From Setoptus koraiensis (Eukaryota; Animalia; Arthropoda), in contig CM106586.1 of the NCBI GenBank assembly GCA_048013815.1, positions 5,022,001-5,086,000 of the forward strand: a stretch of 64,000 nucleotides of DNA, read 5' to 3'. A program made the position numbers and the translations under genes. The notes under the pieces are model-generated. The model was given only the letters and a program-made list of their open reading frames with translations. It did not search any database and was not told the DNA's origin. Of this stretch, positions 32,756-47,100 are shown one piece after another. The stretch's first letter is position 1. Each line of letters starts with the position of its first letter.

Positions 32756-33364
32756 CCTGGAGCTGAATTAGATTGCGCCATCTTCACTGGATCTGAGCAT
32801 CACAGTTGACATTGTTTCGCTTGTTGGTGCACGACATTATATCTAATTATTGCATCTAATGACCATATTCTATCCGAATGAAATCTTGTGAATCTCGAGA
32901 ATCTTGAATGCATCGAAAATAATACCCTAAAAATGGTCTCAAAAAAAAATCACCGCCGTACACTCGTTTATATACATATATATTTTTTTTTTAATCGCAA
33001 GCAAGTTTCGACGCCTCGTTGATGCCGCCGATCAGATCATGAGCCAATTAGTTATTGAGATGCAGACTATTTCTATGGAAACGCGAATGAAGTCTCCCAC
33101 GCGGGCTCTCGTAGGGCGCTTCTTCCTTGGCTCTCAAGCCAATTTTCTCTCACCTGGCCAGCCTAGTCGTCACGTCTTGTCGCAATTATGGCCCAAACTG
33201 TTGCACATGGTCCGTTCTAAACCAAGGCTTGCCTATTGTCTATGTGTCGACTCATCTCTACTAGCAATTTCTGTGCGCCTCAACCCTGTTGTTCTCATGA
33301 CATGTCTCGGAGAATATTTTTCTGACATTTCACCGAGAAGCTGTGCCTGCCGGCGATAGAGTCA

Positions 33365-33466
33365 CATAGAAAATCGGAGAAACGATTCATAGAAAATCAG
33401 AGAATTGAGTCATAGAAAATCGGAGAAATGAGTCGTAGAAAATCGGAGAAATGAGTCATAGAAAAT
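33365..33466. repeat. 23-bp minisatellite (CATAGAAAATCGGAGAAATGAGT x4.4)
   Basis: Units read directly; lies at the AT-rich/GC-rich boundary. Confidence 0.9.
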
Positions 33467-36400
33467 GAGTGCAATCGCATTCGAATGCCATCGAATGCGA
33501 ATACCAGCACCTGAGCACGTATATTCGCGTATCTGCGATTGTCAGACAGACAATTTCTGCGGCGATTTCCAGCGATTTGTTCGAGTTCGGATTTCGCCAG
33601 CGAGCAGCGAGCATTGGAAAACGAGCCACGAAAACAAAACTCCAGATGGAGCCACAGCGCGTTGTTTGGCGTCTTGTTTTTCTAGTTGTTTGTGTCTGTT
33701 TGTGGCTTTTTGTGGTTGTTTGTGGCTGTTTATGTTGCGTCACCAACCAATTTGAACATGGCCAATGGACACATATTGTGGTCACAAACTACAGATGCCT
33801 AAACGACTTCGCTGCGGCAAGGTGACGGCGCACCTGTTGTTTACATTTGGCGATGGCACGATTTGAGCTAGATTTTTGAGCTGGATCGCGGACTGACAGG
33901 TTGTTTGTTGTGTAGTAGTTGTTGCGTAACAAGGGTTACAAGTTGCGTAATAAACTCACCATCTGGCTTGTGTGTGGCGTATGGCACAGACACAGTGATC
34001 GCCGGCGAGCCATTGGCGACACAGAGAGTCCAAAAGTTGACATTAGTGTCTCGGCTGGCACAAAGACAAAAATGTCCGGCCGACGTGTGGCTGGCTCGAT
34101 CTGGCTTGATCTGGCTGCAAATTGGTGGTTGGCAACGAAATGGAAATAAATTATTTTTGAGCGCACTATAATTGTCAAAAAGTGAAGCGAGCGCCAGGAA
34201 AAAATGATATCTCGATATATCGGAAAACTGGAAAACGCGCTCTCTCATATAGGCGTCATTCAGGCGAATTCCGTAGGCGACATTTTGGCTGGCGTGGCAG
34301 TGGCGATGTGGAGTCAATAAGTCGAAGACGAAAAGAGGCTCGACTCAACTGGGCTTGAGTCGCCGCGAAACGCGGACGCGCCAATTCTCGCTGCGAGCCG
34401 CCTAGCCGACAACTAGCTTGCGAGCTCGCGAGCTTGCGAGAGAGGCTCACAAGCTTGTTGTGGCGAAACGAGTGAGTCTAACATTTAAGCGAGCATGCCT
34501 CGGATACCTTCTAAGGTTTCGCGCAAGGTGACTGCTGGCGCTCATGGATGTAACTAATTAAAAATGAGGAAGACATTAAAGGCCATCGGCGCGCGCCATA
34601 CCGACATCGACTCGCTCAATTTCTGTACTGTATTATTTGTGTATTATTTAAAAAAATCGCTTTCGACGGCTCACTCGGCAGCGGCGGCGGCGCCGGCAAA
34701 ACTGGATTCAACTAGTCACTCGCCGGCGCCAGACGGGCGCGATGCCCGAGAAAAGGGTGAACAAACATACATTTTTATGTATATGTACATGTTGTTCGTT
34801 CGCCAGGTAAACAAAACGCACTCGTCGAAGCGAGCCAGTCTCGTTGGTGTCTGATAATTGTCGAGCAGACATTATTGTTGTTGTTGTTGCTATCTGACGC
34901 CGTCGACTATTAAGTAATTAATGAATTTCCAGCGAGAGCGTAACAGCGTTCGTAGAGATTCCACGCTAATGATATTTTGCGTTCGTCGCTTTCGTTGCCT
35001 TCGTTGCTTTCGTTGTTTTCGTGGCTACGCCAGCCGAGCCAATCGAGCCAGCCGAGCTAATCGAGCCAGCCTAGCCAGCTGAGCCACGAGGGCAGCGAAA
35101 TGGGTTCGTCGAAATTCAGCCGGAGAGTGACATTCACAATTGTGTATTCACGTTTGCCAGGAATTGCCGGCTTTGTGTGACACTTGCCAACGTCTTGCCC
35201 GCCAGCCCGTCGGTAACGGCCGCCGCTTGAGGATATAGCGAGACGGTGTGAGAGTTCCCAGAAGTTGATTTGTTTGTCTAGTCGATGCATCGATTTCGAG
35301 GAACGACGCTTTACGCGGCGACGGGCGCATTGCGACAGGCGCGCCCGATTGTTGTTGTGTCTTATTATTTAGTTGTATTATTTGTCACCAAATGATACAC
35401 CGACAGCGCGGAATGTGTCTGTTTATCCAGATATTTGGCTGCGTCGCGACTTGCAAACTTGTAGCAAACTCAAGCGAGCTCAAGCGAGCTCCAGCAAGCA
35501 GACTGATGGCGCTCGGCTGCGTGGGCTGCAAACGTGTCGTTTTGTTTTAATTTGATTTCAGCGTTATCAATATTATCATTATCTAACGAGCGAGTGACGG
35601 CGAACGAGATTAGCATAGTTGCGCAACGACAATAACGACCACCATAATACTACACAATAATACTACATAATAATACTACATGTCGTCGTCGTCGTCGTCG
35701 TCGCTGTCGTATCGCAGTGGCGTCATCACAATGTTAAATCATGGCGAGGGCGGCATTATATTTCGCGGCTGGCATTAGCTGTCGGCCGGCTGCTGCTGCT
35801 GCTGCTGTAGTGGCATTTGCATCGTAGTGATACTGCAACCAGTCGCAAGCGAGTTGGCGGCGGCCGATCATCGAGCGCTTGGCATATGTGGCATCGCTCG
35901 TAGTGTATGCAAATGCGCTCGCTGTCATTCGATCTAGACGACGGCTCGTCGCTGGCTCGAGCGCCCAGCGAGGATAAACTTGCGATGATATAAGTTATAT
36001 CATGACAGCGCGCACACAATGAGGGCATGCCTGGCATCCATTGTGCGCGTTATGTAATTGCCTGGCACACACACACACACATTACATAATCACACAAATA
36101 TTATTATGTAATCATAATAATATCGCACACAATATTAAATAATAATAATAATAATGATAATATTATATAATATTATATAATGTTGGTGTCAGTCGTCGCT
36201 GCAGCCAACGAGCCCAATAGATCACCGGTGAGATATGGTATGTGGTGTCGTATGTCTCACTAATTCACCGCCGGCTGTTCAACAGCCGTTGTTGTGTTAT
36301 TTGTCATAGTGTTTGTGTCAGCACACTGGCTTATGTTTTCTGGAACGTTACGACAAATGACGCAATCAGTTTGTCATTAGTTTCGCATGCGAGAGTGCGT

Positions 36401-38212
36401 ATCATCTACATCGATTACGCCACACACACACTGACTCACACACTGACTCACACACTGGCTCGCATGCCGCACGATCGCCGTCAATTTGATTCGTCCGATC
36501 AATTGATTTGCCGCAACCACAAGCTCCAGCTTTCCGGCCCGACGCTCGCCACTCAACGCCGGCCGACGCGACTCGGCGTGAGCCAGTTCCGGTTTGGCGA
36601 AACAAATGCGATAGAGAGCGTGTAGGCTGGCCGCGAACAATGGACTGTGGTTGTCGTGTTGGTTGTGCCGGTCGGCAGCATGACTGCACAGTAACGACGA
36701 TCGCATTATCAAACGAATTGGCAAACAAATAAATAAAAAATGAGTGTATCGCTGCCGATGCGCTCATTATGTGCCATTGTAGTCAGAATAATTAGAGTGT
36801 TTGTCGTCACACACACACACACAGTGACAAGTGTTTGAAATCGACAATTAGATTACGATTATATGATGATATTGTTGTCGTGGTCGCTGTTGTGTGATAG
36901 CTGCTCGCTGTTGTGTGAGAGCCGCTTGCGAGCTTGCCAGCTCGCCGGCTTGCCGGCAAGATTGTGCCAGTCATGCCCGCTGCCAGTCATTAGCGACTAT
37001 CAGCTTGCGACTAATAGCGAGTGACTAATAGCGAGTGAGTTCACTCTATCTAGCCACTCGATCTGCGCTTGATCGGGGCATGATCGCGACAACGACAGCA
37101 ACAACGACAGCAACAGCGACAGGGCAGACAGTTGATCGCTCATTGTTTGCTTACTGGTGATTTATTGGTGATTTATCGGATGGTGGCAGCGATAAATTTA
37201 ATCAACAGAATTAATCAGGTTGATCAGGGCAGACGGCGCGACACAATGGCGATCGTCATCGTCAGCAGCGCCATTGTCGAGCTGGCGCTGCTGGTCGGCG
37301 CAACTGGCAGCGAGTGGCTGCTGGTCGGCGCCGTAAGTCGCCACAAGCTCGACGGTTGTTGTGCCCCGACAAGTTGTGAGCCGGCCTCGGTGAGCCGCGC
37401 AGCGATGCGATTGTGCGAACGCTGTATTATTGTCGGCGATTTGGTATTATTTGTCGCTCGACCAAGTGCAAACGATCTGCGGCCGAGCCGATCGACAGTC
37501 GCTGCGGCGAGCCGAAACGCGCCACTGCCAGTGCAAGCATCGACACGATGAACGGGGCCAGTATCGCGGCATTATTAGCAGCCGATTAGCGCCATTCCGA
37601 TCGGTCGGGCCTCCGTGAGGCGCGCAACAGCGACTCCAAGTCGGCTTGTCGCAATCAAATCAATCAGCGCCATTCAAAGCTGGCAAGTCAACAGACGACG
37701 ACCATCCAGACGACACACGCGAGAGGTAATTTCCCAATTAGGCGCCTCTTGTTGTGAGCGCTGATCGGCACGCTGATTGTCGCAATCAGCGCCGCTCATC
37801 TCCAGACTGACACATCGCTCATTTATCGGCGCTCTCCGGCGCTGTCTATGCCAGCTTGCCAGCGCTGCTAATAACAAGTTGTCGTTTGCCCGTTGCGACA
37901 GTTGGCTCACGATGTTGCGAGAGTTGGCTCACGATGTTGCGACAGTTGGCACGCGATTTTGCGAGAGTTAGCTCACCATTTTGCGAGAGTTAGCTGGCAA
38001 GTTTGGGCGCTGTCGCAAGGGCAAGATTTTCTCTTGCCTTGCGATATCTTGCCGCAAATACCGGTGTGGGCGACACCGGCACAGCCGACGACATCAGCTG
38101 CTGATGATGAGCAGCGCGTCATGTTGGTCGCTGAGTGGCGACAAATATGAGTGGGGCCCAGGCACGCAACGCGCATATTGCACGCACCACTTCCCGTGTG
38201 GCCCGCGTGCCT

Positions 38213-38246
38213 CAATCAAACCATCTGGGCCCAGATGGTTTGATTG
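38213..38246. repeat. Perfect 34-bp palindrome
   Basis: CAATCAAACCATCTGGG|CCCAGATGGTTTGATTG with no spacer. Confidence 0.95.
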
Positions 38247-38560
38247 GGGCCGCGCGAGCGGTTGCCGGCCCGTTAAAATTCACTACAACATTACAACGGG
38301 GCCGGCCGGTGGCTGGCGCGTCGTCGGCGCGCCAACCGTTCGACATTGGAGCGCACATTCAAATCATTTGAATCAAATGTCGTCGTTGGCGTGCCATTAT
38401 GCAAATGAGCGCCTCGCTCTTTGTTTTGATTTGTGGCGGCCGGCGGCAGTGTCGCGACAGCGCCCACACCCACGAATGTAAATATACGCTCGTCTGCACG
38501 CACGAGTGGCGCGCTGTAAGCGGAGAGCGTCGCAGCCGCACGCACAACGCCACAGCTCGC

Positions 38561-38632
38561 TGTAGCCACCCAAGTATGTAGCCACCTAAGTATGTAGCCA
38601 CCTAAGTATGTAGCCACCTAAGTATGTAGCCA
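38561..38632. repeat. 16-bp tandem repeat (TGTAGCCACCTAAGTA x4.5)
   Basis: Units read directly; one substitution in the first unit. Confidence 0.95.
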
Positions 38633-41600
38633 GCGAACTCACCTGGCGGGCCGGCCCGGCCGCGCCGCTAACGGCACCGGCCAATATTAGACAACGGCGG
38701 CCAGCGTGAGACAACGGCGGCCAGCGTGAGACTACACGGGACAACAACATGAGACTGCATGAGACATGAGACGACACGGGACAACAGCGACTATCAATTA
38801 ATTAGACACCGACGCTGATGACGCCAGCGAGCGAGCTAGACAAACAGCTGCGCCTTTTCGCTACACCTACACGGTGTAGGCTACACCGTGTTGCAGCCAG
38901 CAGCGAGCAGCCAGAAACAAACAACAACAACGAGCGACCAAAATAGAATCTCGCTCCATAGAATCGCTCCTCTTATCGCTGTTACATAATAATCGCTGGG
39001 CGTTGGATAAGCGGCTCGTCACAGTTGGTGTCGTCATGGCGTCGTTGCGACAGTCGTCGTCACGGTCGCGCACCACTTACTTGTTTGCGCCCAGCGAGCG
39101 AGCTAGCCGGATAGTGAGCGAGCTAGTGAGCGAGCTAGTGAGTGAGCGCCAGCGACACTTTGGCACGCGCCACGGCCTGTCTCGGGATCCGCGACGCGGC
39201 ACCGCCAGGCCGACGGCGGGCCCCTCGAGCAGAGTCGCCCGCGTCGCTGTCGCTCTGTCGCCCCTCGGCTAGCCGCTGACCCCGCAGCGCGCCGGCACGC
39301 TGGCATGTCGCTGCCGCTGACGTAATTGGCAGCAGCAGCGGGCCGCAATCTGAGCCGCGCCGGTCTATTTATAGTTTGTAAAAGTGTGTCTCATTGGTCG
39401 CGGATAATCGCGTCACAACGCGCCCGAATCGCGTCAGCGCTGCCTGAATCGCGTCAATCGCGCGCGGGCCGGCCTTGAATACGGTGAGCGGGCCGGCACC
39501 TGTGCCATCAACCCAATTATGCGATTGGTCGCGCGAATCCGATCCGCGGGGGGCCTCTGAGTTTGAATTCGTCAACAGGCTCGGCTGACCGGCCGAGCAG
39601 CGCGCCAGTTAATTAGCTCGCGCTGACGTATTAGTTGGCGGCCGGCGTGTTGCACGCGCCCGTATCCAATTGCGGGCCCCAACGAGCGGGCACAGTTAGC
39701 GCGAACTGTCACTCCGAAACTGTTAACATACGAGTCGAGTATATCCAACAGTGAGGCCCGCTCGTCGGCCAGCAAACGGCACAGCTCTGGGCAAACGGCG
39801 GAGCTCTGGGCAATTGGCAGAGCTGGCAGCGGGCTCAAAACTGATAAATATAGCAGCTATATATATATATAATATATGGGCGGCTTACGCAACGCGCAAA
39901 CAAACACGACAAAAATATGCTCGTCAATGCTCGTCAATGCTCGTCAATGCTCGGCAATGGGCCGCGCGGCATGAGCAGCGAGCGTGTCATTGATCCGAGC
40001 GTCGCCCGGCCAGACACACGAGCGCTGTTGCGATCAGCGCCCAGTTGGTCGCAGCCTGATAACCCGCCAGTTATCGGGTTATCAGGTAATCGGCGCTGCT
40101 CATATTGCGAGCGCGACATTATTAATTAATCGATCGCTCGACTGGGAGCCCCCGTTCGATTGCGGGCCGCGCTGAGCCAATTGCGAGCCGGCACGAGCGA
40201 GCCGGCGCGAGGGGCCACCGACGGCTAATGAACGCGAAGCCATGCAAGGTCGTTGTGTCGTCACTCGGTCGGCGTCGCCGCTTGTGTCGCCGTTCGCGTC
40301 GGCGGCCCGGCCGCGCTCCGGTTGCAGCGGCGCGAATGGCAGCGGCGCGAATGGCAGCGGCACAAATGGCCGCGGAGGCGCGCCATTGCGATTCGCCGGC
40401 AAGCGGGCAACGGGCGATTGGACCGCGCAAGCTTCCTCGGGGCTCCCGTCTCGCAGTTCCGCGGACGGCGCGAATGCGCCACAAACCGGCGTCGCTTGGC
40501 CGGACCGGCATTGCCAGTCGGCTCCGATGCCAGTCCGCTCCGACGCCGAGCCGCGTCACAGCGGCTGGGCGGGCCGGCCGAGCGCGGAACTGCGAGACGG
40601 CGAGCCGGCTCGCGGCAGGCCAACTAGACTAGTTGTCAACAAACCGTACGTTCGGTTAGTCACAAATGCGCACTTGACTTTGAGGAGTCATGATCAAGAG
40701 CCATGGCTGCCGCTTAATGGCTGACGGCTGATGACGATCGCACCACTACCTCTGCCAACTGCTGGCGTGTTTGCTTTCGTTGGCTCGATGACGAGTAGCT
40801 CGTTTGTTGTTGTTGCTGTTTTTGCTGCCTTCGTTGTTGTTGTTGTTGTTGTTGCTTTCGTTGCTGTTGCCGCTGTTGTTGCTGCTGTTGTTGCTGTTGC
40901 CGCTGCTGGCTGCCGGGCGAGGACGTCAGCGAGAGTCGCATTGGCATTGGCGAGACGCATTAGTCGTATGAGTTTACTGCGCACAACAAGCTCGTTAATT
41001 GAAATGGTGGCTCGCGTAGCGAGCGTTGCCAAGCTCGCTGGCGAGCCGTCGACGCAGCGCAAGCCGAGCGGCTAATGGCGCACAATGGCAACAGCGCGAC
41101 ACAAACAGCGACAACAACGTGAGACAAGCAGCCACTAATTGATGCTCGATCGAGAGCAAACAACAACGAGCGACTTTTTGTTTGTGACAGCGACAATGTT
41201 TGTCTGACAGCCAACAAAGTCAGCAAACCTGATCTTGAAACGCACCGCCAATCGGAAGTGGTCGCGAGGAGGCGCTGCGCAAGGTCGCCGCCGGGCGCAT
41301 TAGGTCAATGGCAGTGGCAGCAAACTAGTTTCACTTGCGCCGTGAGCGCCACACGCCGCCTAGGCTGGCCGGCGTCTAGACGGCTCCGATTACGCGCACG
41401 CCGGCGCGGCGCCCGTCTGGCCCGCGGCTGGCGCAACACTGTCGCTGCGGCCGGCAACAGCCGACGACAGCCGACAACAACAACAGCCGACGACAACAGC
41501 CGACGACAACAGCAACAACCGACAACAGACGACCGACGACACAAACATTGCGAAACAAGACAGACAGGTGCGCGGGTTGCGCAATCGGCGGGCATGTTGC

Positions 41601-42959
41601 GGTTGCCGGCAGCGCAAACGCTGGCTGCCAGTGACTGGCGAGTGGCGACCGACACAAACAGACGCCTTGTCGCTCGCTGTTGTCGCTGTTTGTGTCGCTG
41701 TTTGTGTCGGGCGCGAACGAGCGACCGCGCTCACCTGTCGCGCACGTTGGCGCCGTTTGTGACAGCGTTTGTGACAGCGAGCTTGCGCCGTTTGTGTCGC
41801 CGTGCGACTCGCTGTGGGTCGCCTACTCAGTGAGTAGTACTCACAAGTTGCGAGTCACAACAAGTCACAAGCGAGAGTCACAACGAGTCACAAGCGAGAG
41901 TCACAACGAGTCACAAGTGCGCACAAGGTCACCGCAAAAACCGGCTTGCAAACCGGCTTTTGGCGCTGCCGTCGCCCAGTGCACTAATTCGCTTCAGCGC
42001 CGCGGCACACGCGAGCCACTGGCTGGCAGTCGGGCCCAGCGGCAGTGTCATGCAACGACGGCCCCGGCGAATGCGGGCTTCTATGCGCCGCCGGCGAGCT
42101 TGTTGTTGGGCTGGCTCGCCTCCGCCGCGTCCACTGACTGGGCGCCCAATCGAGCGGGCGCGTGTTGTTGCGCGCACGCTGTGCGCCGAGCTCGCACAGC
42201 ACAGCGCGCGACGACAAGGTGCGCAAATTGAGTTGTTTACGAGTTTTTGCCAAGCGAGTTGCTGTTGTTGTTGTTGTTGTCGTGGTGCTGTTGTTGTTGT
42301 CGTCGTCGTGGTTGTTGCGGGCAACAGCGCGCTTATCGTGATCACTGCTTTGCATTGATAGCACAGCACACACATGTATACACATACATGTATTGATATC
42401 ATTAATACTCTGGCACCGTACGCCAGATATATGTGTAACTCGACGGTGTGTGCGTGCGTGTGTGAGCTCAAGCAGTGTCGCTCATTGTGAGCGCTTGCGA
42501 GCAGTTGGTGCGACGGTTGCGTTGCGTTGCGTTGATATTATAAATGATTGGACCTTATCAAGGCGAGCGTCACTTTATTACAACATTACATGGTCGTCAC
42601 ATCGTGCTATCGTCGGCGTCATCAGCGAACATGAGAGTCGTGGCGATACTATCAACTGGCTGTCGCAGCGATAGCATCGCCGCGATAGGACTCCCATGAT
42701 AGGACTCCCATGCTATCATAGGAGTCCTACCATAGGACTCCTACATGTATGATAGGAGGCACAGCGCGCCGCGCTGCGCACAGTCTGCACACCAGCCGAC
42801 ACACACAGGCAGGCAGGCAGGCGATACAGCGATACGACGCGACACGACGACGACGCACAAGCCAGCAGCGGCCAACAAACAGGCGAGCAAGCGAGCAAAC
42901 AAACAAACAAAAGCAGGCAGTCAGCACCATCGATAGCGAACTTGAAGCATGCAAATGTA

Positions 42960-42990
<31 letters not shown>

Positions 42991-43674
42991 AATTTATCAT
43001 TATCATTGTCTAACAGGCCGTGTGGAGCGGGCAGAGCGGGCGAGTATCACACTCGCAATCAGTGTTAATATTTTCCAAGTATTATTGTCACAACAACAAT
43101 ATTGAGCCAGCAACAATCGATCCATCATCGGCGCACCAGCCTTGTTATTAGGCAGCAGCAGCATTGTAGCATTATAGCACTATAGAGCCATTATGGTAGA
43201 TGCCCTTTAGTTACATACACTAGCTACATACACTAGCTACATACAGTTGTACTTCAGTAGACTTCAGTTACAGTGTGACGCTCTCCCGAGAATTGCAGCA
43301 ACAGCAGCAGCAGCTTTGCCGGTTAGCAGCAGCCATTAGTTGGCCGGCATTGTTATTACACATATCGACATATCATATAGGTGCGATAGTGTGTGCGTGT
43401 GCGCTATCAACAGTTACCGCACCAACAACCAACAACAACAGTTCGATTTGCTCTTTCCCCCGTACGCAGGCCGCAAGCTCGCTCTGCCAGTAGCAAGTTG
43501 CTCGCAGCCAGCCACCACGCCAGTGTTGTGCGCGTTGCGCGTGCCCGAAAATTCCATCTGAGCATAAAGGGGGCACCAACAATGGGCGCCCTCGTCCTCG
43601 TCCATTGTTAGCCGGTCGGCCCAGTCAGCATCAGCAGCCAGTCAGTCGCTAGTTCGGCATCGCGATCACACACT

Positions 43675-43818
43675 AACAGTTCGACGCCGCAAACAGTTCG
43701 ACGCCGCCAACAGTTCGACGCGCAAACAATTCGACGCGCAAGCAGTTCGACCCGCAAACAGTTCGACGCGCAAACAGTTCGACGCGCAAACAGTTCGACG
43801 CCCAAACAGTTCGACGCC
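43675..43818. repeat. 16-17-bp tandem repeat (AACAGTTCGACGCGCA x9)
   Basis: Nine units with few substitutions and no spacers. Confidence 0.95.
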
Positions 43819-44168
43819 ACCACTAGCTCGACGAGCAGCGTGGCCAGTCGCAGCGAGCGAACAGCACGACGCGGACCATTGTTACCAGTAGTTAGTAGTA
43901 GTTATATCACAATATTATCACAATTTACATTTTACATTTCACATTTTAATGATTAATCCGATAATTAGTTAACAATTATGATTATATTGCAAGCGGTCGG
44001 ATAATTACAATTGTGATTGTTGTTCACTATGCATTTATTGCAGCGCATCCACAACAACAGCAACTCAAACAGCAGCAATCGAACACACACACGATGATAT
44101 AAACAGTATATAAAACAACGCAACACGACATAGCGCAACAATCCCATTTAGACACAACAAGCAAAATA

Positions 44169-47100
44169 ATGAATTCAACCGCCGGCGTCGCCACCAATGC
44201 CCCGAACGCCGCTGCCGAACCCGACGCCGTCGACGCCGCCCCGACCAACAGCGGCGAACCGCAAGCCAGCAGTAGCGGCAGCAGCAGCAACAACCAAAAT
44301 TCGACAAGCCTCATGGCGGTCGCGGCACAATTGTCGCTGCCCACGCCGCATTCGGCGGACACCATTCAGAGCCAGTTGAGACGACACTCAATGACTAATC
44401 CAGATGTCATTGGGCAACACATAACAAATATTATTAGCAGAAATTCAGCCATTGTTGGCGAATACAATCCCTGGAACAATCACAGAAAGAGCAGCGCCGG
44501 CAACAGTCAGTCGTCGAGTGCAAAACAGTCCTCATCGTCTGCTGCCGCTACATCATCCAATCATCATTCATTGGACCTGCAAAGCTCGTCCCTCAAGGGC
44601 TCAGACACACACAAAAATCAATCCTCAGCAACAAACAGAAAGAGATGGTCCACTCACACTAGCGGTATCTCGCCAACATCGTGCCAAACCAGCAATAGCA
44701 GCACTAGCGGCACCAGCAAGTATAGTCTAGGTGCCCAAAACAACTGCGCCAGCAACACCACCAATATCAACATCAATAATAATAGTGTAACAACAACAAC
44801 AGCAACAAGCAGCAACGCCAAGACACACAACAACAACAACAACAACCCACTGGACCAATATCCTAGAAAACTGTCCAGCGGTGCAGCCACTACACTTGCT
44901 AGCAAATATTCGACGCCCCCATACAGGCCGAACCAGCGCAAATCGTCCGTGACCACACTCAACCATCACAACCAGCATCATCATCCTCATCATAGGCATG
45001 CCAACAGCATGAGTCAAGAACAATTGATGCCCAACTCAAGCCAGCATCTTGCAGAGCTGGCCAAATTAGATACCGTCCTAAGAGGAGTTGGCGCAGCTCA
45101 AGACAACAAGCAACAACATGCAGCAATCAATAATAATTCCTCAAGTAGATATAATGACAACCATTTATTTGATCCATTCACACTAAGCAGACACAACACA
45201 CTGGACGCGTTCAGTCTGTCCGGTAACCAGCTAGACCAACGACAACAACTTATGCCCAGCTACAAATCAAGCGATGCCACGTGCAATCCAAGGGTGAGAC
45301 GAGCTGTCCGTAGATCTTTCCCCAGTATCTGCTGTTAGATTCCAGAAAATGACCAACGATCTCCCTTCTCTCTCCCTCTCTCTCTCTATGCCATCGTAAT
45401 CTCATTTTTCTCTCGCACAGGAACAACAACTCAGTCCAAAAGGCCTCAGCGATGCCAGTTCATTTTCTATTTTTCAAAACCATATTGACAACAAAGACAG
45501 AAGGTACGACTCAGCTGACAGCTCTAACAACAAATTTAGTAATCCGATCGATAGGAGATACAGCCTCAACAGTTACTCCATACCACCGGGAGCCTACCAC
45601 ATGGGTACCATGAACGGATTAGATCACGATAGTAGCCTCTTCTCCGACCAGATCACTTCGTACGCCTTGTGGAAGCTCAGACTTGAACAATTAGCCATGA
45701 TTAATCAACAGGCTTGTTATAAAAATAATCATTTGGTAGACTCATTTCATTTATCGACGCTCCAGTTGGACAATCCTTTCATGACTCAAAAGAGAGATAA
45801 CTCCATGATCTTAAATCAAAACCTCAACATGGATAGCCATTCATTTGATTCTATTAATTCTAATTCGTCTATTAACACAGAAAGCTCGCTCACCGCTAGA
45901 CACAATGATCAACCCATCAATTACAGAGAAACAAGTTCAAAGATTCACCAACCCAATCCCATCCTATTAGAGCAGCAAGCATTGAAAGTTTCGCAAGAAA
46001 TTGATGAGTCATTGATAAGAGATTTTCTAATTAATCTCCAAAACAATAGTAATAGAATTCCAAATCAATATCAACAACTCAACAACGATCATTTTGCGAA
46101 TTCATCAAATGGACACGAGTTGAAAAATTTCACCAATAGCTCATTAGACAATGGTTATCGCCACAAAACTGTAGCCGATAGTATAAGTAACAATGAAGAA
46201 TTATTTAAGGATTTTTCCTATATGAATAATCATCATCAAACGTTTGATACACCAAGCGAACGTAAGGCCCACTTCGACATCAATACTAATCCCATACATA
46301 TTTGTAAACTTTGTAGGACCATTTTCAGAAATCTTGATACACTTGTGGCTCATCAAGCACATTACTGTCGTTTGTCGGACCCTATTGGCAAATTTACACA
46401 AGATTCCATGTCCAATACACCAAAACCCTCTATAAACAATGATCTTTCCTCATCTTCTCAAAAAATAAGGAGAAACTCATCCGCCCTAGGTAATTAAGCA
46501 AAACAAAATGATTTCTCAAACTAAAAATGTTTCTCTAAGTTAGATGTCTAGCATAGTTATCAATAACTTTTATCATTTTTTCACCTAAATTTTTACTACT
46601 ATTCTGTATTAACAGGGGATCTAGCCGATAAGGTCAGAAATGTCTTTGTAACCAATGATAATGATCAACCAATGGATTTAAATTACAATGTAACCTCGCC
46701 AAGAAGGGTTTCAAAGTCCATCTCACCCACACAGTTATCTGGTGAGATAGATAGCCTCAAATCGTGCAATATCAATAGCGGACAAACTTCTATTTGTACG
46801 TCACCTACGAGTTCAATCAAGAATCAACCTAGCATACTGAAACAGCAACTTCTTGGACCTTGTGCCACTCCTGTTCAGTCTTTGCCTCCTAAAAAGCGCA
46901 AGATATCCGAGCCCAACCTCAAATTGGCGGGATTTCATGTGGGTCACACTAGCTCAACAAGCACGTCCATGATCAATAGAATTTCACCCGATCCGTCTCT
47001 TTTGAGAAGAAACGATGAGATAGAGCAAGGAATACCACGACAAGTATCCTGTGATAACTTCAATTCATTGATCAGGGAGAAACAATTGGAGGAGCATTGT

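Noticed and set aside
33039-33359. 106-aa ORF; its antisense frame has RLGWPG and VGDFIRVS, faintly like retroelement or Polinton integrase motifs
   Set aside because: Several stops, only 5-8 residue resemblances, and no flanking element structure.
43675-43818. CRISPR-like regular repeats (also 38561 and 57285)
   Set aside because: Units are contiguous with no unique spacers, and the context is eukaryotic.
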